Shown here: piece by piece, positions 46,618 through 58,407 of the stretch
Layout of the letters: each line of letters begins with the position of its first letter
How positions within the stretch are numbered: position 1 is the first letter of the stretch
Assembly (NCBI GenBank): GCA_002269645.1
Contig: NIVC01000305.1
Span: forward strand, 434,001 to 498,000
Source of the DNA: Macrostomum lignano
Taxonomy: Eukaryota
DNA length: 64,000 nt
Direction of reading: 5' to 3'
The notes under the pieces: model-generated
Database searches by the model: none
What the model saw: the letters and a program-made list of their open reading frames with translations, nothing else
What the model was told of the DNA's origin: nothing
Translations under genes and position numbers: made by a program

Positions 46618-48333
46618 TTATCTGCCAGATGGCAGAAATTCAACTCCATCAAACAGGACATTCCCGGATGCGACATACTCGCGCAATCCAGCCTTGGTCA
46701 CCTTGCCGGTCGGTCCAGTTGGAAAATGATCCAGAACAGCCCAGTAGCGCGGCACATACGAGACACCGCTTCGGCTTTCACCAATGCTCTGGTCGATGCA
46801 CCACCTAGCCAGCATACCGGAGGTCTCTTCGGGACTCCTGAGCTTGTACGCTGTCTTCAAAATGACACAGGCGGCAATTTCTTCTCCGACTCGCTCGTCG
46901 GGAACGCCGAACACCTGAGCGGCGTGAACTTCGGGATGGCCGAGTAGCACGCGTTCGACGCTGGTTGGTGCAACCTTCTCCGTAGCCAGTATGATTAAAT
47001 CCTTGATACGATTGGTCACTGTTATGTTCCCGAACTCGTCCATGCTGCCGATGTCTCCGGTGCGATACCAACCGGAATCTGTCAGGGCGGCTCTGGTCAG
47101 CTCCGGATCGTCCAGGTAGCCGCGCATCACGGAGAAACCGCGAACAAGCACCTCGCCGTCGGTGCCAATCGGCAGGGGCAGCCAACTTCCACGATCCGGA
47201 TCTGCAATCATCACCTCCATGTGGGGAGCTGCCCTGCCCACCGTGTTCTGTCGAATGGTCGGGTTATTATCCGGACCCCAAGGCGGGCAAATTTCCGAGA
47301 TCATTAGCGTCTCCGTGCTGCCGTAGTAGTTCACCAGGCACGGTAGAACAGTCATAGCGCGCTCCATCTGCTCGCTGGTCGTTGGCGCTCCCGACAGCAG
47401 AGCGCTTCGTAGAGTTGCAGGCGGTTTCCCGCCCTTTTGAAGAATGTCGTGCACCAAATAACCGAAAAAGTCACCGCTGGTCACCCGCTCCTCAGCCAGC
47501 GTGTCCAGCAGCCAGACGGCGTTCTCAGCTCCGCGATTTCCTGCAAACGTGTTGGCTGGCGTGGCCACCAGAGTCAGGCCGTCCAACATCGCCATTAAAA
47601 AGCCGAATGTGCCAACCACGTGGCTTGTTGGTCGATCAGAAAAGAAAATGTCCTCACTGTTTAGCAGGGCGCCTCGAGTTCGGAAGCGAATCGAATTAAC
47701 TAAGGAATGATGCGAATGCGGCACCATCTTGGGCTTGCCTGTGGTACCGGAAGTCAGGTAGATAACAGCTGTCTGATCTGCCGAAATCATTGACTGTCTG
47801 TCACGCAGCAGCTTCCGCAGCTCGTCATCCAGCTTGTCCGCAGTTTCTTTCCCCCGCTGCACTAGCGAGTCGAAGTCGATTCTCACGGCAAACTTGTCAA
47901 CCAGCCACTCTGCCCCAGTCTTGTATATGCCGGAGTTCATGTAGAACAGGGCCTTGCAGTCGGTTCCGTCAGCCAGTCGAATCAAGTCGCTTTGCTGGCT
48001 CGGATGCGCGGACACGATCACCAGGCCGGCCTTGTGCAATCCGGCCAACGTGGCGCAGAACTCCAAACAGTTGGTGCCTAAAACCATCACCAGGCTGCCC
48101 GCGCCCAGCTCCGGTTGGTCCTGTACAATGCGACACGCAATCCCGTCGGTGACCCGATGAAAATCCGCAAAGGTGATAGACTGTCTCGGAGCGTCGGGTC
48201 GGCGGAACACGATCATCTCTTTGTTGGGCGTTTCAGCGGCCCATTTCGGCAGACGGTCGAAGCTTCGCCAGAACTGCAGCGGCTCCTCGGTACTGCCGTG
48301 GCAGTAGCTTTTAGTCAGCTTTGGTATCGGCAT
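46618..48333 (-). CDS. ACSF2: Acyl-CoA synthetase, ACSF2-like AMP-binding enzyme, intronless, about 571 aa
   Basis: ATG at 48333; N-terminal SYCHG...PL; canonical IYLTSGTTGKPK, YGSTET, GEVLVRGFSVMRGY, WYRTGD and C-terminal GKVTK. Assignment is at family level. Confidence 0.85.
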   Translation of the reverse strand: MPIPKLTKSYCHGSTEEPLQFWRSFDRLPKWAAETPNKEMIVFRRPDAPRQSITFADFHRVTDGIACRIVQDQPELGAGSLVMVLGTNCLEFCATLAGLHKAGLVIVSAHPSQQSDLIRLADGTDCKALFYMNSGIYKTGAEWLVDKFAVRIDFDSLVQRGKETADKLDDELRKLLRDRQSMISADQTAVIYLTSGTTGKPKMVPHSHHSLVNSIRFRTRGALLNSEDIFFSDRPTSHVVGTFGFLMAMLDGLTLVATPANTFAGNRGAENAVWLLDTLAEERVTSGDFFGYLVHDILQKGGKPPATLRSALLSGAPTTSEQMERAMTVLPCLVNYYGSTETLMISEICPPWGPDNNPTIRQNTVGRAAPHMEVMIADPDRGSWLPLPIGTDGEVLVRGFSVMRGYLDDPELTRAALTDSGWYRTGDIGSMDEFGNITVTNRIKDLIILATEKVAPTSVERVLLGHPEVHAAQVFGVPDERVGEEIAACVILKTAYKLRSPEETSGMLARWCIDQSIGESRSGVSYVPRYWAVLDHFPTGPTGKVTKAGLREYVASGNVLFDGVEFLPSGR

Positions 48334-48709
48334 TGTTGATTGTTGGGTCAACTGGATTTCTGAGCAAAGATCTGTTTACTTTTGAGGCTGGCTAGTGCTA
48401 AGAACAATGGTTTTATAAGGGTGTACAAACACTCGCAAGCGCTGCACTCGGTAGTTCACACTAAACAAATTGGCACACCGAGTACGCCATATACTATCGC
48501 AGCTGTCTCTCTTTCTTTCTTTCCATTCTGCTTATCAAGTATTATACTGTACAAGATCTCTTGTTAGCCTCTCTTGCTGCCTCAATGTACAATCTGCTCA
48601 ACTTTGTGCTAAGAATTGAGAACGAGGCGAGCTGTGAAGGAGAGATCTGTCTGTCACTTATCTGTCAGTCAAGTTAGTTGAGCTGAACTGCACAAAATTT
48701 TGTCTCTTT

Positions 48710-50000
48710 GGTGTGTGCCCTGTCTTTTTCGTTGGCGCCTTTAGTCTTGGTTGGCGCCTCTGTCTCTTTGGTTGGCGCCCCTGTCTCTTGGTTGGCGCCC
48801 CTGTCTCTTGGTTGGCGCCCCTGTCTCTTTGGTTGGCGCCCCTGTCTCTTGGTTGGCACCCCTGTCTCTTGGTTGGCGCCCCTGTCTCTTGGTTGGCGCC
48901 CCTGTCTCTTGGTTGGCGCCCCTGTCTCTTGGTTGGCACCCCTGTCTCTTGGTTGGCGCCCCTGTCTCTTGGTTGGCGCCCCTGTCTCTTTGATTGGCAC
49001 CCCTGTCTCTTGGTTGGCACCCCTGTCTCTTGGTTGGCGCCCCTGTCTCTTTGGTGGGCGCCCCTGTCTCTTGGTTGGCGCCCCTGTCTCTTTGGTGGGC
49101 GCCCCTGTCTCTTGGTTGGCGCCCCTGTCTCTTTGATTGGCACCCCTGTCTCTTGGTTGGCACCCCTGTCTCTTGGTTGGCGCCCCTGTCTCTTGGTTGG
49201 CGCCCCTGTCTCTTGGTTGGCACCCCTGTCTCTTGGTTGGCGCCCCTGTCTCTTGGTTGGCGCCCCTATCTCTTTGGTGGGCGCCCCTATCTCTTGGTTG
49301 GCGCCCCTGTCTCTTTGGTGGGCGCCCCTGTCTCTTTGGTGGGCGCCCCTGTCTCTTGGTTGGCGCCCCTGTCTCTTTGGTTGGCGCCCCTGTCTCTTGG
49401 TTGGCGCCCCTGTCTCTTCGTGGGCGCCCCTGTCTCTTGGTTGGCGCCCCTGTCTCTTGGTTGGCGCCCCTGTCTCTTGGTTGGCACCCCTGTCTCTTGG
49501 TTGGCGCCAATGTCTCTTGGTTGGCGCCAATGTCTCTTGGTTGGCGCCCCTGTCTCTTGGTTGGCGCCCCTGTCTCTTGGTTGGCGCCAATGTCTCTTGG
49601 TTGGCGCCAATGTCTCTTGGTTCGCGCCCCTGTCTCTTTGGTTGGCGCCCCTGTCTCTTGGTTGGCACCCCTGTCTCTTGGTTGGCGCCCCTGTCTCTTG
49701 GTTGGCACCCCTGTCTCTTGGTTGGCGCCCCTGTCTCTTGGTTGGCGCCCCTGTCTCTTGGTTGGCGCCCCTGTCTCTTGGTTGGCACCCCTGTCTCTTG
49801 GTTGGCACCCCTGTCTCTTGGTTGGCGCCCCTGTCTCTTGGTTGGCGCCCCTGTCTCTTGGTTGGCGCCCCTGTCTCTTGGTTGGCACCCCTGTCTCTTG
49901 GTTGGCGCCCCTGTCTCTTGGTTGGCGCCAATGTCTCTTGGTTGGCGCCCCTGTCTCTTGGTTGGCACCCCTGTCTCTTGGTTGGCGCCCCTGCCTCTTT
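48710..50000. repeat. 20-bp minisatellite, about 1.3 kb
   Basis: Unit GGTTGGCGCCCCTGTCTCTT. Source of the many overlapping repetitive ORFs at 48658-50069. Confidence 0.97.
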
Positions 50001-50809
50001 GTTGGGTTACCTACATGTACTGGATATAAAATTTACCTACTATATCTTGTAGAGTTCCCAAAATCCTAAATGCATGTACAGGTACTTTTTGGTCTCACAC
50101 AAGCTTGTTAATATACTAATATAGACAATTTTAGCGATTTTACACATATTATAAATGCCGGAGTAAATAGCGGCTTGTTCTAAGAAACCAATCTCACAAG
50201 CTGCCAAGAATGTCTGACTCCGTCTGCAGTACGATTGCAGTGTTACATGAATATGTTAGAGTCTGCTTGTATTTTCCTTTTCGTTTATTTTTATCAGCAG
50301 CGCATGTGTACCCAGCTTGTACCCGAATTGTATCCTTCATGCAGTGTTTTTAGTTTTATTAATAGCAGTAGATTACGTCATAGATCTTTGTTCCATACAA
50401 ATTTTATTTGACTACTTTATGATTTTGTAGGTGGTACATCTGCAAAGAGCAGTCTCTTGCACTCTCAGCCAATCACAGCACCGGCCTAGTGGTTGATGCG
50501 ACTGGTTGCTTGCTTAGAAAGTTCGTTTGTCAAGGTCGCTTAAAAACAACAAGCCTTTAATATTTGCAAACTTATGATATATTTGCAACGAGGGGAGGTG
50601 ACGTCGGAGGGCCACGCTCAACTGCTGCAGAGGCGAACTGCGAGACCAAGCGAGTTCAGCAAAGCGAGCGCCGGCGAGTTGAACGTCGGCCTGAGTGAAA
50701 CTGGCGAGGTCGGCAACGAGGTTTCGCCCGTCGAGCTGCTGCCATCTTTGGCCAACCTGATTTTCCGGAGAACGTGAGGCTCACTGCCATCGAGCCCCAG
50801 CCGTTCCAC

Positions 50810-51935
50810 AAGGCACGCTTCGGGTCGGGACGCTGAACTGCCGCACTCTCAAGGACGCCTGTCGGGAGGACTGCTGACTGCTGACTGCTGTCGGGTTGAC
50901 GTCCTGTTTCAACAAATTCGCGGCCGGAACGCTCGCCTGTTCTGCGTGTACGCACCTCCTGCCACCCGGCCGGATGAGGCTCAAGTCTTCTTCGAGCAGC
51001 TCTCGACGCGGATGGAGATCACTCAGTGGTTGTCCTTGGAGACCTGAACGCGGTTTTTCATAGGTCCGAGCGTCGTTGTTTGTACATCGGGCGAGAACGG
51101 CAACAGCGGAGCGCTGGAGAACTTCCTGGAAAGGCAGGAAATGGTGTCGGCCAATACATGCTTCCGCGAGCCACCCGGCAGGATCGCGACCTTCGTGGGC
51201 TGCAAGCTTGTGCGTCTTCGTGAGTGCCGCAGGCTCTGCGTCTGCAACCTGCGTGTACGCGATCCGTTTTAGCGTCCGCCGAAGCGTCAGTACGCCGAGT
51301 ACACCGGGATAATTGTGCCGCGGTTAGAGCCGCGGCAGAGCAAGCAGTCCCGCTCACGCGACTGACCGAAGAGCTGGCTCGAGATCGAGAGGATCCGTCT
51401 GAGCAGGCGGCCAACTCGCGAGGCGGAGGATCGGCTCTGGAGGCTGTCCTGTCCACCTGCAGCGTCAGCAGACCTGATGCCAAAGGGAACGTGGCCTCGT
51501 CCGCCATCAACGCTCTGACCGGGCGGAAGCGGCGCATCCCGCTCAACCTTGCTGGCGGCACTCAGGATGAGCGCAGAGATGAGCTGCGCAAGTTCTTCGC
51601 CGCCATCGTCAACGCGACACCGCCAAACGATCGAGATGCCATTACCGGCAGAAGAGAGTTTCTTCGGGCGGGAAAGCGCTGGATCCAGCGAGGTCGCAAG
51701 TGTGATGAATCACGTGCTTTTCGGTGAGGCGGCACCCAACAAATGGACTCACGAGACGTACATCGTCGCTATTCCGAAGAAGCCGGACACCAAACGGCTA
51801 GAAGCACATTTGAGAAATCCTCTGGGTTGCTTCATGGAGATACGCTCACGTCGCTTCTGTTTCTCCTGGTGCTTGACTGGGTGCTGCGGACTGCTTTGCC
51901 GGACGCCTAGCTGCTCTGTGGACGCTGATCCTATC
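50810..51935 (+). mobile_element. Degenerate LINE (APE endonuclease plus start of the RT region)
   Basis: LRVGTLNCRTLK, CVYAP, VVLGDLNA and IVAIPKKP in broken frames. Confidence 0.75.
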
Positions 51936-53431
51936 AAGGTTTTACAAATTTTGTGCTGAAAAAATGAAAAAGCGCTATAAAAGCTCCTTCATTCTCCGTA
52001 AAACGTTTTTTCGCTAAAAATATGTATTCTTAAAAGTTCCAAGCAGCGTCGTTTCCTGTCCTTCTACTGGGTAGTCCCGTGCACATGATTGTATATTTAT
52101 AGTCTAAAATTTTATTGTTACATGTATACTGTATATACATGTAATAAATTATATACATGTTATTTTATAAGCAAATGTATGCGTATTTAAAAATACTTGT
52201 ACAGTCATTTAAATCAAAGAACGTATCTCAAAGCAGAACTAAGCTCAATAGCTCATATTATTAGCTTTGCATCGTCACCAGACGTCGCTACATGTAAGTT
52301 ATACTTAATTAGTTGTTAAATGGCTTTAAACGGCTTAAAACGTTTTCATTACAGTTTCAAACCTAAAATGTTTATTAACATTGTCCGTAATATTCACAGA
52401 CATGCAAAGAACTGAAAATTTATTTATTAAATCTGCAGACTAATTGCCCTCTGTTGAGAAAACTTGGCTGATAATTTGTTATACTGATTCAATAAAAAGC
52501 TTCTTTAACTACGAATCAAAGCACTCATTCAAAGGTGGATGAGGCAGGAAAATTGACTTTAATTGCCGCATAGAGAAAAAGCATGTAATTCCCTTTTAAT
52601 CCGTATAACGATAAGTCTCTTAAAAAAAGTTATAACTCTAGCTCCTTTTTAGGAAAATTGATTCTGCATTACTTTGAAAAACGCATGGTTTATTAATATT
52701 TTCATTTGCTCATTCTGTGATTTATGCAATGTACGGGACGCACAAAATAAAATAAATTTTACATAAATTTATCTAATTACCTTGATTAAACCGAAATAAA
52801 ATGATTAGCAAAAAATGTAGCATATCTGTTTCAATAATTGACACTAATTAAAATTTTACCTGTAAAAATTATCTACATACTGAGCGAATACGCTCGTACT
52901 AGTAGCACAAACAAAACTAAATTGCATACAGCTGTACCTGACTCTGACTTGTGTTACTGTTGCTTTCTATGGACCCTCGGCCTGACTGAGCCAGTGACCT
53001 GTGTGTTCTAGCGGTGTGAGTCAAGTTTATTATATTTTTTTTTGTTCATATTTATTGTATCAGAACATTGTTAAATTGTATAATTAAAAAATGAAAGTTT
53101 TTTTAAGGATTAAAAATTTTAAGATTATTTTGTATATATCATCAGATCATACATGTTATATGCAATTAACACATATATTATTATAACACAAGCATTTTCT
53201 TAATCTTTAAATTTCATAAAATGTTTCTTGATAAAAAATCAATAACAAAAGTTTTATCTCACATGATTGAAAATATATTTTGTATTTTCACAATCAGAAG
53301 AAAGAAAACTTCATGTTTTCTGTAATTTCAATTTCAGAGTAGTTTATATAATAATTTCCATTAGTATTTGCAAATATTACTCAACAGGAACAAAGTCCAA
53401 CAATCGCTCCAAAGAAGTTGCACACCGGGAA

Positions 53432-54748
53432 ATGCTGGCCAACTGCGCTTCTGCAGCTCTGGTTGCCATAGTAACCGGCGTCTCCGCACGTCGCATAGAT
53501 GGAATGGCAGCGGCGGATCAGCTGTTCCTCTCGGCATCCTCAGCCACCCGCTGGCACGCAACCCTGTGCGGAGCGGCCGTTGCTGGCCTCCTGAGCTTCG
53601 GCGTGCGGGCCCTGCGGCCTCGGGAAGGTCGAACTGGTCAGGCGGAGACGATGGCGCACTCCCAGCTGGTCAGGCACGCCCTGCTGAACGGTGCGGCGGC
53701 GGCGCAGACTTTGGCGGGTGTGGGACTGGCCTGGCTGGCAGCTCGGTCCGAGGTGAGTCACCTTCTGCTGTAGCAGCAGAAACGGCTAGTGGAGGCAGCG
53801 GTTTTGGGAAATTGATCGATAAGAAAGAAAGTTTTCTGTTACTTTCAGCACTCTCAGCTTCAGGACTATACAAGATTGCGTTTTTGGCATAGCGATATAT
53901 GAGGTTTGGCCACAGACAAAACCGTGGTGGTGTTGGTGTGCGCCCCTGTCTGTTGGTTTGCGCCGTGTCTCTTTGGTGGGCGCCCCTGTCTCTTGGTTGG
54001 CGCCCCTGTCTCTTGGTTGGCGCCCCTGTCTCTTGCATGGTTGGCGCCCCTGTCTCTTGGTTGGCGCCCCTGTCTCTTGCATGGTTGGCGCCCCTGTCGT
54101 TTGGTTGGCGCCCCTGTCTCTTGGTGGGCGCCCCTGTCTCTTGGTGAGGGCCCCTGTCTCTTGGTGAGGGCCCCTGTCTCTTGGTGAGGGCCCCTGTCTC
54201 TTGGTGAGGGCCCCTGTCTCTTGGTGAGGGCCCCTGTCTCTTGGTGAGGGCCCCTGTCTCTTGGTGAGGGCCCCGTCTCTTGGTGAGGGCCCCTGTCTCT
54301 TGGTGAGGGCCCCTGTCTCTTGGTGAGGGCCCCTGTCTCTTGGTGAGGGCCCCTGTCTCTTTGTTGGGTTACCTAGATGTCCTGTCCGAAGAGTTGACTT
54401 AAATGTGTCTCCCGCATGATTTGCTCGCAGCCGCCGCACCGTCACGTGACCAGCTGGCACGGCTGCATCGGCATGGCAGCTTCTCTAGCCCTACTCTGGC
54501 AACTGGCTGTCGGCCTGTTCCTCCGCTACTGCCTTCCGGAAGCTTCCAAACGTCGACTTGCAGTGGAATTTCTGCACGCCATGGGCGGCGGAGCGACGTT
54601 CGGTTTGGCGTCAGTTGCGCTTGGTAGCGGCCTCTTCACCGATTGGTTCCTGCGGAGATGCCCGCCTAGCCTGCTATTGGCTGGCCTGATCTGTCTGTAT
54701 CTAATTGGCCTGCGGGTTTTCGCGCAAATCTGGGAGCACTATTTTTAG
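53432..54748 (+). CDS. CYB561D2: Cytochrome b561 domain-containing protein (CYB561D1/D2 type), two exons (53432-53752, 54431-54748), about 212 aa
   Basis: GT-AG intron in phase 0. Four heme-ligand His in expected contexts (RWHATL, VRHALL, VTSWHGCIG, FLHAMGG) and C-terminal GLFTDWF. D1 versus D2 not resolvable. Confidence 0.85.
53930..54362. repeat. 20-bp minisatellite in the CYB561D intron, with a switch of unit variant
   Basis: GGTTGGCGCCCCTGTCTCTT changes to GGTGAGGGCCCCTGTCTCTT from about 54143. Confidence 0.95.
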
Positions 54749-55204
54749 ATACACGGAATTTCGGTGGCTTGATCTGTTTTCTTTTTAGAGTGTTAAATCT
54801 CCCGATCATTTTTACATAGATTCATTCTTCTGAACTGTACATTTATCGTTCAATTTATTTAACTGAATCTAACAAATTTTCCGGTGTTAGTTGTTAATCG
54901 CATATTTAAATCAAATTAGATAACCTACTTTTGGAAATATTTTAACATTACAAAAAATACAATAAGAAATACATAAAAATAAATTTTGTGTTCCTGAAGT
55001 TATCGAGTAGTTTCCAATCTAAAAATGTATTATTGGTTAATATAAACAGTCTTTATCATTGCTACACGTATAAAACATGTTTATTGACAAATGAATTTAA
55101 GCCATAGGCATAATTAAGTTATTCGGTTATAGTTATTACGTTTCTTTTGCACTTTGTCTCTGCTTTAATGGCTTTTTGAAAATTAACTGCTCTGTTTGTT
55201 AGTC

Positions 55205-55228
55205 TCTGTCTGTCTATTTGTTTGTCCA

Positions 55229-55295
<67 letters not shown>

Positions 55296-55306
55296 GCCTG
55301 ACTGAC

Positions 55307-55367
<61 letters not shown>

Positions 55368-55416
55368 GCCTGACTGACTGTCTGTCTGTCTGTCTGTCTT
55401 TCTGTCTGTCTGTCTT

Positions 55417-55455
<39 letters not shown>

Positions 55456-55588
55456 GCCTGTCTGTCTGTCTGCCTGACTGACTGTCTGTCTGTCTGTCTG
55501 TCTGTCTTTCTGTCTGTCTGTCTGTCCATCTGTCTGTCTGTCTGCCTGTCTGCCTGACTGACTGTCTGTCTGTCTGTCTGTCTGTCTT

Positions 55589-55633
<45 letters not shown>

Positions 55634-55718
55634 ATTAGAGTCTGTTGGTCTGTCTGTATTTGTCTGTCCATCTGTCTGTCTGTCTGCCTGACTGACTGTC
55701 TGTCTGTCTGTCTGTCTT

Positions 55719-55759
<41 letters not shown>

Positions 55760-55866
55760 ATTAAAGTCTGTTGGTCTGTCTGTATTTGTCTGTCCATCTG
55801 TCTGTCTGTCTGCCTGCCTGTCTGGCTGTCTGCCTGTCTGTCTGTCTGTCTGTCTGTCTGTCTGCC

Positions 55867-55908
<42 letters not shown>
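55205..55908. repeat. (TCTG)n microsatellite, about 700 bp
   Basis: TCTG runs with recurring interruptions. Confidence 0.97.
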
Positions 55909-55910
<2 letters not shown>

Positions 55911-56504
55911 AGTTGCTGTAAAAAATTGCTGAAAAAATGAAACAAACTAACTTACTCCTATTTTAGTTAACAGTTTCGCGATAATGTGAAATTCCATGTG
56001 ATCATCTGAAGGTGACATGGTGGTCAAATTACATTTATACATATATTTTGGTAAATATTGTGGTCCCGAGAGTGCTACCATAACTGTTAGCTGACTGAAA
56101 TGTAATCACGCCTTTCAAATTATGATTTATGCAAATATCATTCCCAATAAGTATGAGCCGCTGTCCGCCACACTAAACAACACCCACTGTCATCTGCTAC
56201 TCCGACCGCGAGCTCCGGATCAATCTGGAAATATCCGCGTCCTTTGGGATATTCAATCGCCGCCCCCATAATGAGGATCCCATGCGCTATGCGGGGATTA
56301 AGCAACACAAGACTGAGATCGTATGCCATGCCATATAAAAGCCTGCATGATCCGGTACGCTCCAGTTTAGACTTTGCTCTCTACTGTAGTATAAGCTGTC
56401 TGACTCTAACAGTTTACAACCTGAAAGCTTTGGGCCAGAGTCAGTAGTCTTCATTAAGCGCTATACTCACTTTAGAAGCTGAACAAACCCATTCTCATAA
56501 AACT

Positions 56505-58190
56505 ATGATTATCTTCTGCAAGATTTTCAGTCTGCTTTGGTTGGTCGTATTGAGTTTTGCAATCAAAAGTTGTGTCGCTGGTAGCGTCACCATCGTGGCT
56601 GTGCAACATCCAGGCGAACTATCGATTCCAAATTGCTACTCAAGCACTGAGCACTGCTCCAGTTATCAGGACTGCTGCGATCAAGATCGAAAAGTTCAAT
56701 CGAGCAACGCTGGAATAACTTGTGAGGGCGTGTTCTTCTGTACCAATGGTACGTGTGACAGGTTGGGAGGTCGGTACTCTGTCTACATGGTGACAGCATG
56801 TCCAATTGGAAGCAATTCCAGCTCTGAGTGGCACTCACGATGTCAGTCCGCACACGAACCGGTTGCCAGTGATCGAATGGCGCTGCCTGTTTACTCAAAC
56901 CGCACGGGCTTGCTTTACCGCAGTGCCTACTGCGGTCTGTGCCACGGAGAGGCCGCTGCGTCAACAACTGCCCAGGTCGCTGTGTTCTGCAACGATTCCA
57001 CCGCTACAGCCTCAAACTGCCAGTCCGTAGCTGTTATTGCAGCCCATCAAACACACGCGTGCTATCCGGACTTGGCTGATGTCACCGTGTGCAATGGCGC
57101 CTACCCGTCGCTAACCGACTCCTGCGAACGGGTGCCAACTAATTACGAGGTGTGCGAAGGCAGGGCCTACAGGAATTCCTACTGCCGCATGTGCCAGCTG
57201 GGCTGGTACACCCCGCAGTGCCAGCGCACCGACTATCCGTTGTGGCAGCTTCGAGACAGTCTTGACCACGGCCTATTGGGCGTCTACGTCGGTTTTCGCA
57301 ATTTAGCCGCCAACCTACCGGGTAGGGATTTTGGTCGACCAGGCAACAGAACGACGTCTGACAATTGGAGGCTGTCAGTAAGCGTCTGCGCGACTCACGC
57401 AGCCTCCATCGTGGCACTGTTAGTTCTCATCGCAGTGTACTTTAGCGTTCGGAGTCTGCGCAACCGGCCAGGTCTGTGCCTGTGCTGCCATTCGACCTGC
57501 GTTCTCATCTGGGAGGCTCTGGCCGTTACCATGCGATTGACAAAGCCAACAGAGACAGCCTGTCTCAGCCTCCTGTTGCTGAGCTACTTCAGCCTGATCT
57601 CCACCTTCTCCTGGGCCGCCGTGTTTGGCTGCGACCTGCTGCGCAGTTTGGTCTCAAACCTTCCAGCTCCTGGCCGTCTGTCGAAGCGGCTGATGCTGAT
57701 GGTCTGGCTGGCACCGGCCGGTCTCACCGCCTGCGCTGGATGCCTGCACGTTCGACTGGGTCTGTTTGACTTGGCAGTTTGCCAGTTCGCTCCCTGTCAC
57801 AAGTGGCTGATGCTGCTTCTGTCTCTGGCGCCGCTGGCAGCGGTTCTGTTTGTCAACCTGGCAGTGGCGGCTGCGGTCTGCATCGTGCTGCATCGTCGGG
57901 CCAGCAACGCACAGCAGCTGTTGGCAATGTCTACAGCGCGCAGACATGTTGGCGCAACTGTGCGAGTGTCGGTGGCCGCGGGCGCTGCCTGGATGCCGCA
58001 GTTCATCTTGGCCAACCTCGCCGAGTCGGCTGCCATCAATCATCGAGCCGCTTCAGCGGTCGGCGAGCATCTGGCAGCCCTGCATGGCGTTCTGCTGGCC
58101 GTCTGCTTCGGGTGTGCCAGTCATCGAGTGCGTCAGCTGATGGTGAGGCAGCCGAGGCAGCGGCCGCAAGCACCAAGCGCCGTCGTCTGA
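56505..58190 (+). CDS. Methuselah-like / secretin (class B) family GPCR, intronless, 561 aa
   Basis: Signal peptide; Cys-rich ectodomain (CSSYQDCC, two YR-S/N-xYCxxC motifs); seven hydrophobic segments with LRNRPG after TM1 and YFSLISTFSW...DL in TM3. Confidence 0.8.
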   Translation: MIIFCKIFSLLWLVVLSFAIKSCVAGSVTIVAVQHPGELSIPNCYSSTEHCSSYQDCCDQDRKVQSSNAGITCEGVFFCTNGTCDRLGGRYSVYMVTACPIGSNSSSEWHSRCQSAHEPVASDRMALPVYSNRTGLLYRSAYCGLCHGEAAASTTAQVAVFCNDSTATASNCQSVAVIAAHQTHACYPDLADVTVCNGAYPSLTDSCERVPTNYEVCEGRAYRNSYCRMCQLGWYTPQCQRTDYPLWQLRDSLDHGLLGVYVGFRNLAANLPGRDFGRPGNRTTSDNWRLSVSVCATHAASIVALLVLIAVYFSVRSLRNRPGLCLCCHSTCVLIWEALAVTMRLTKPTETACLSLLLLSYFSLISTFSWAAVFGCDLLRSLVSNLPAPGRLSKRLMLMVWLAPAGLTACAGCLHVRLGLFDLAVCQFAPCHKWLMLLLSLAPLAAVLFVNLAVAAAVCIVLHRRASNAQQLLAMSTARRHVGATVRVSVAAGAAWMPQFILANLAESAAINHRAASAVGEHLAALHGVLLAVCFGCASHRVRQLMVRQPRQRPQAPSAVV

Positions 58191-58368
58191 AGAAGAACCT
58201 AAGTGTATACTAAGTGTAACCTCAAGTCTTGGAATCGCGACAAGTACTCGTAAACGTAATGAGGACCCAAAAGCTTAAGAGTGTTATCTAGAACTTATTC
58301 TTGCGCTTATTGATTTTTTTTTGGGTAAAATTTATGTAAGGGTGCTATTTACCAACACTCTTTCTCTT

Positions 58369-58407
<39 letters not shown>

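Noticed and set aside
48658-50069. Many overlapping 140-440 aa ORFs (PTKRQG..., WLAPLSL...)
   Set aside because: Artefacts of a stop-free 20-bp satellite; the same applies at 36126-36467 and 53786-54460.
55119-55945. DRQT/SVCL repeat ORFs
   Set aside because: Translation of the (TCTG)n microsatellite.
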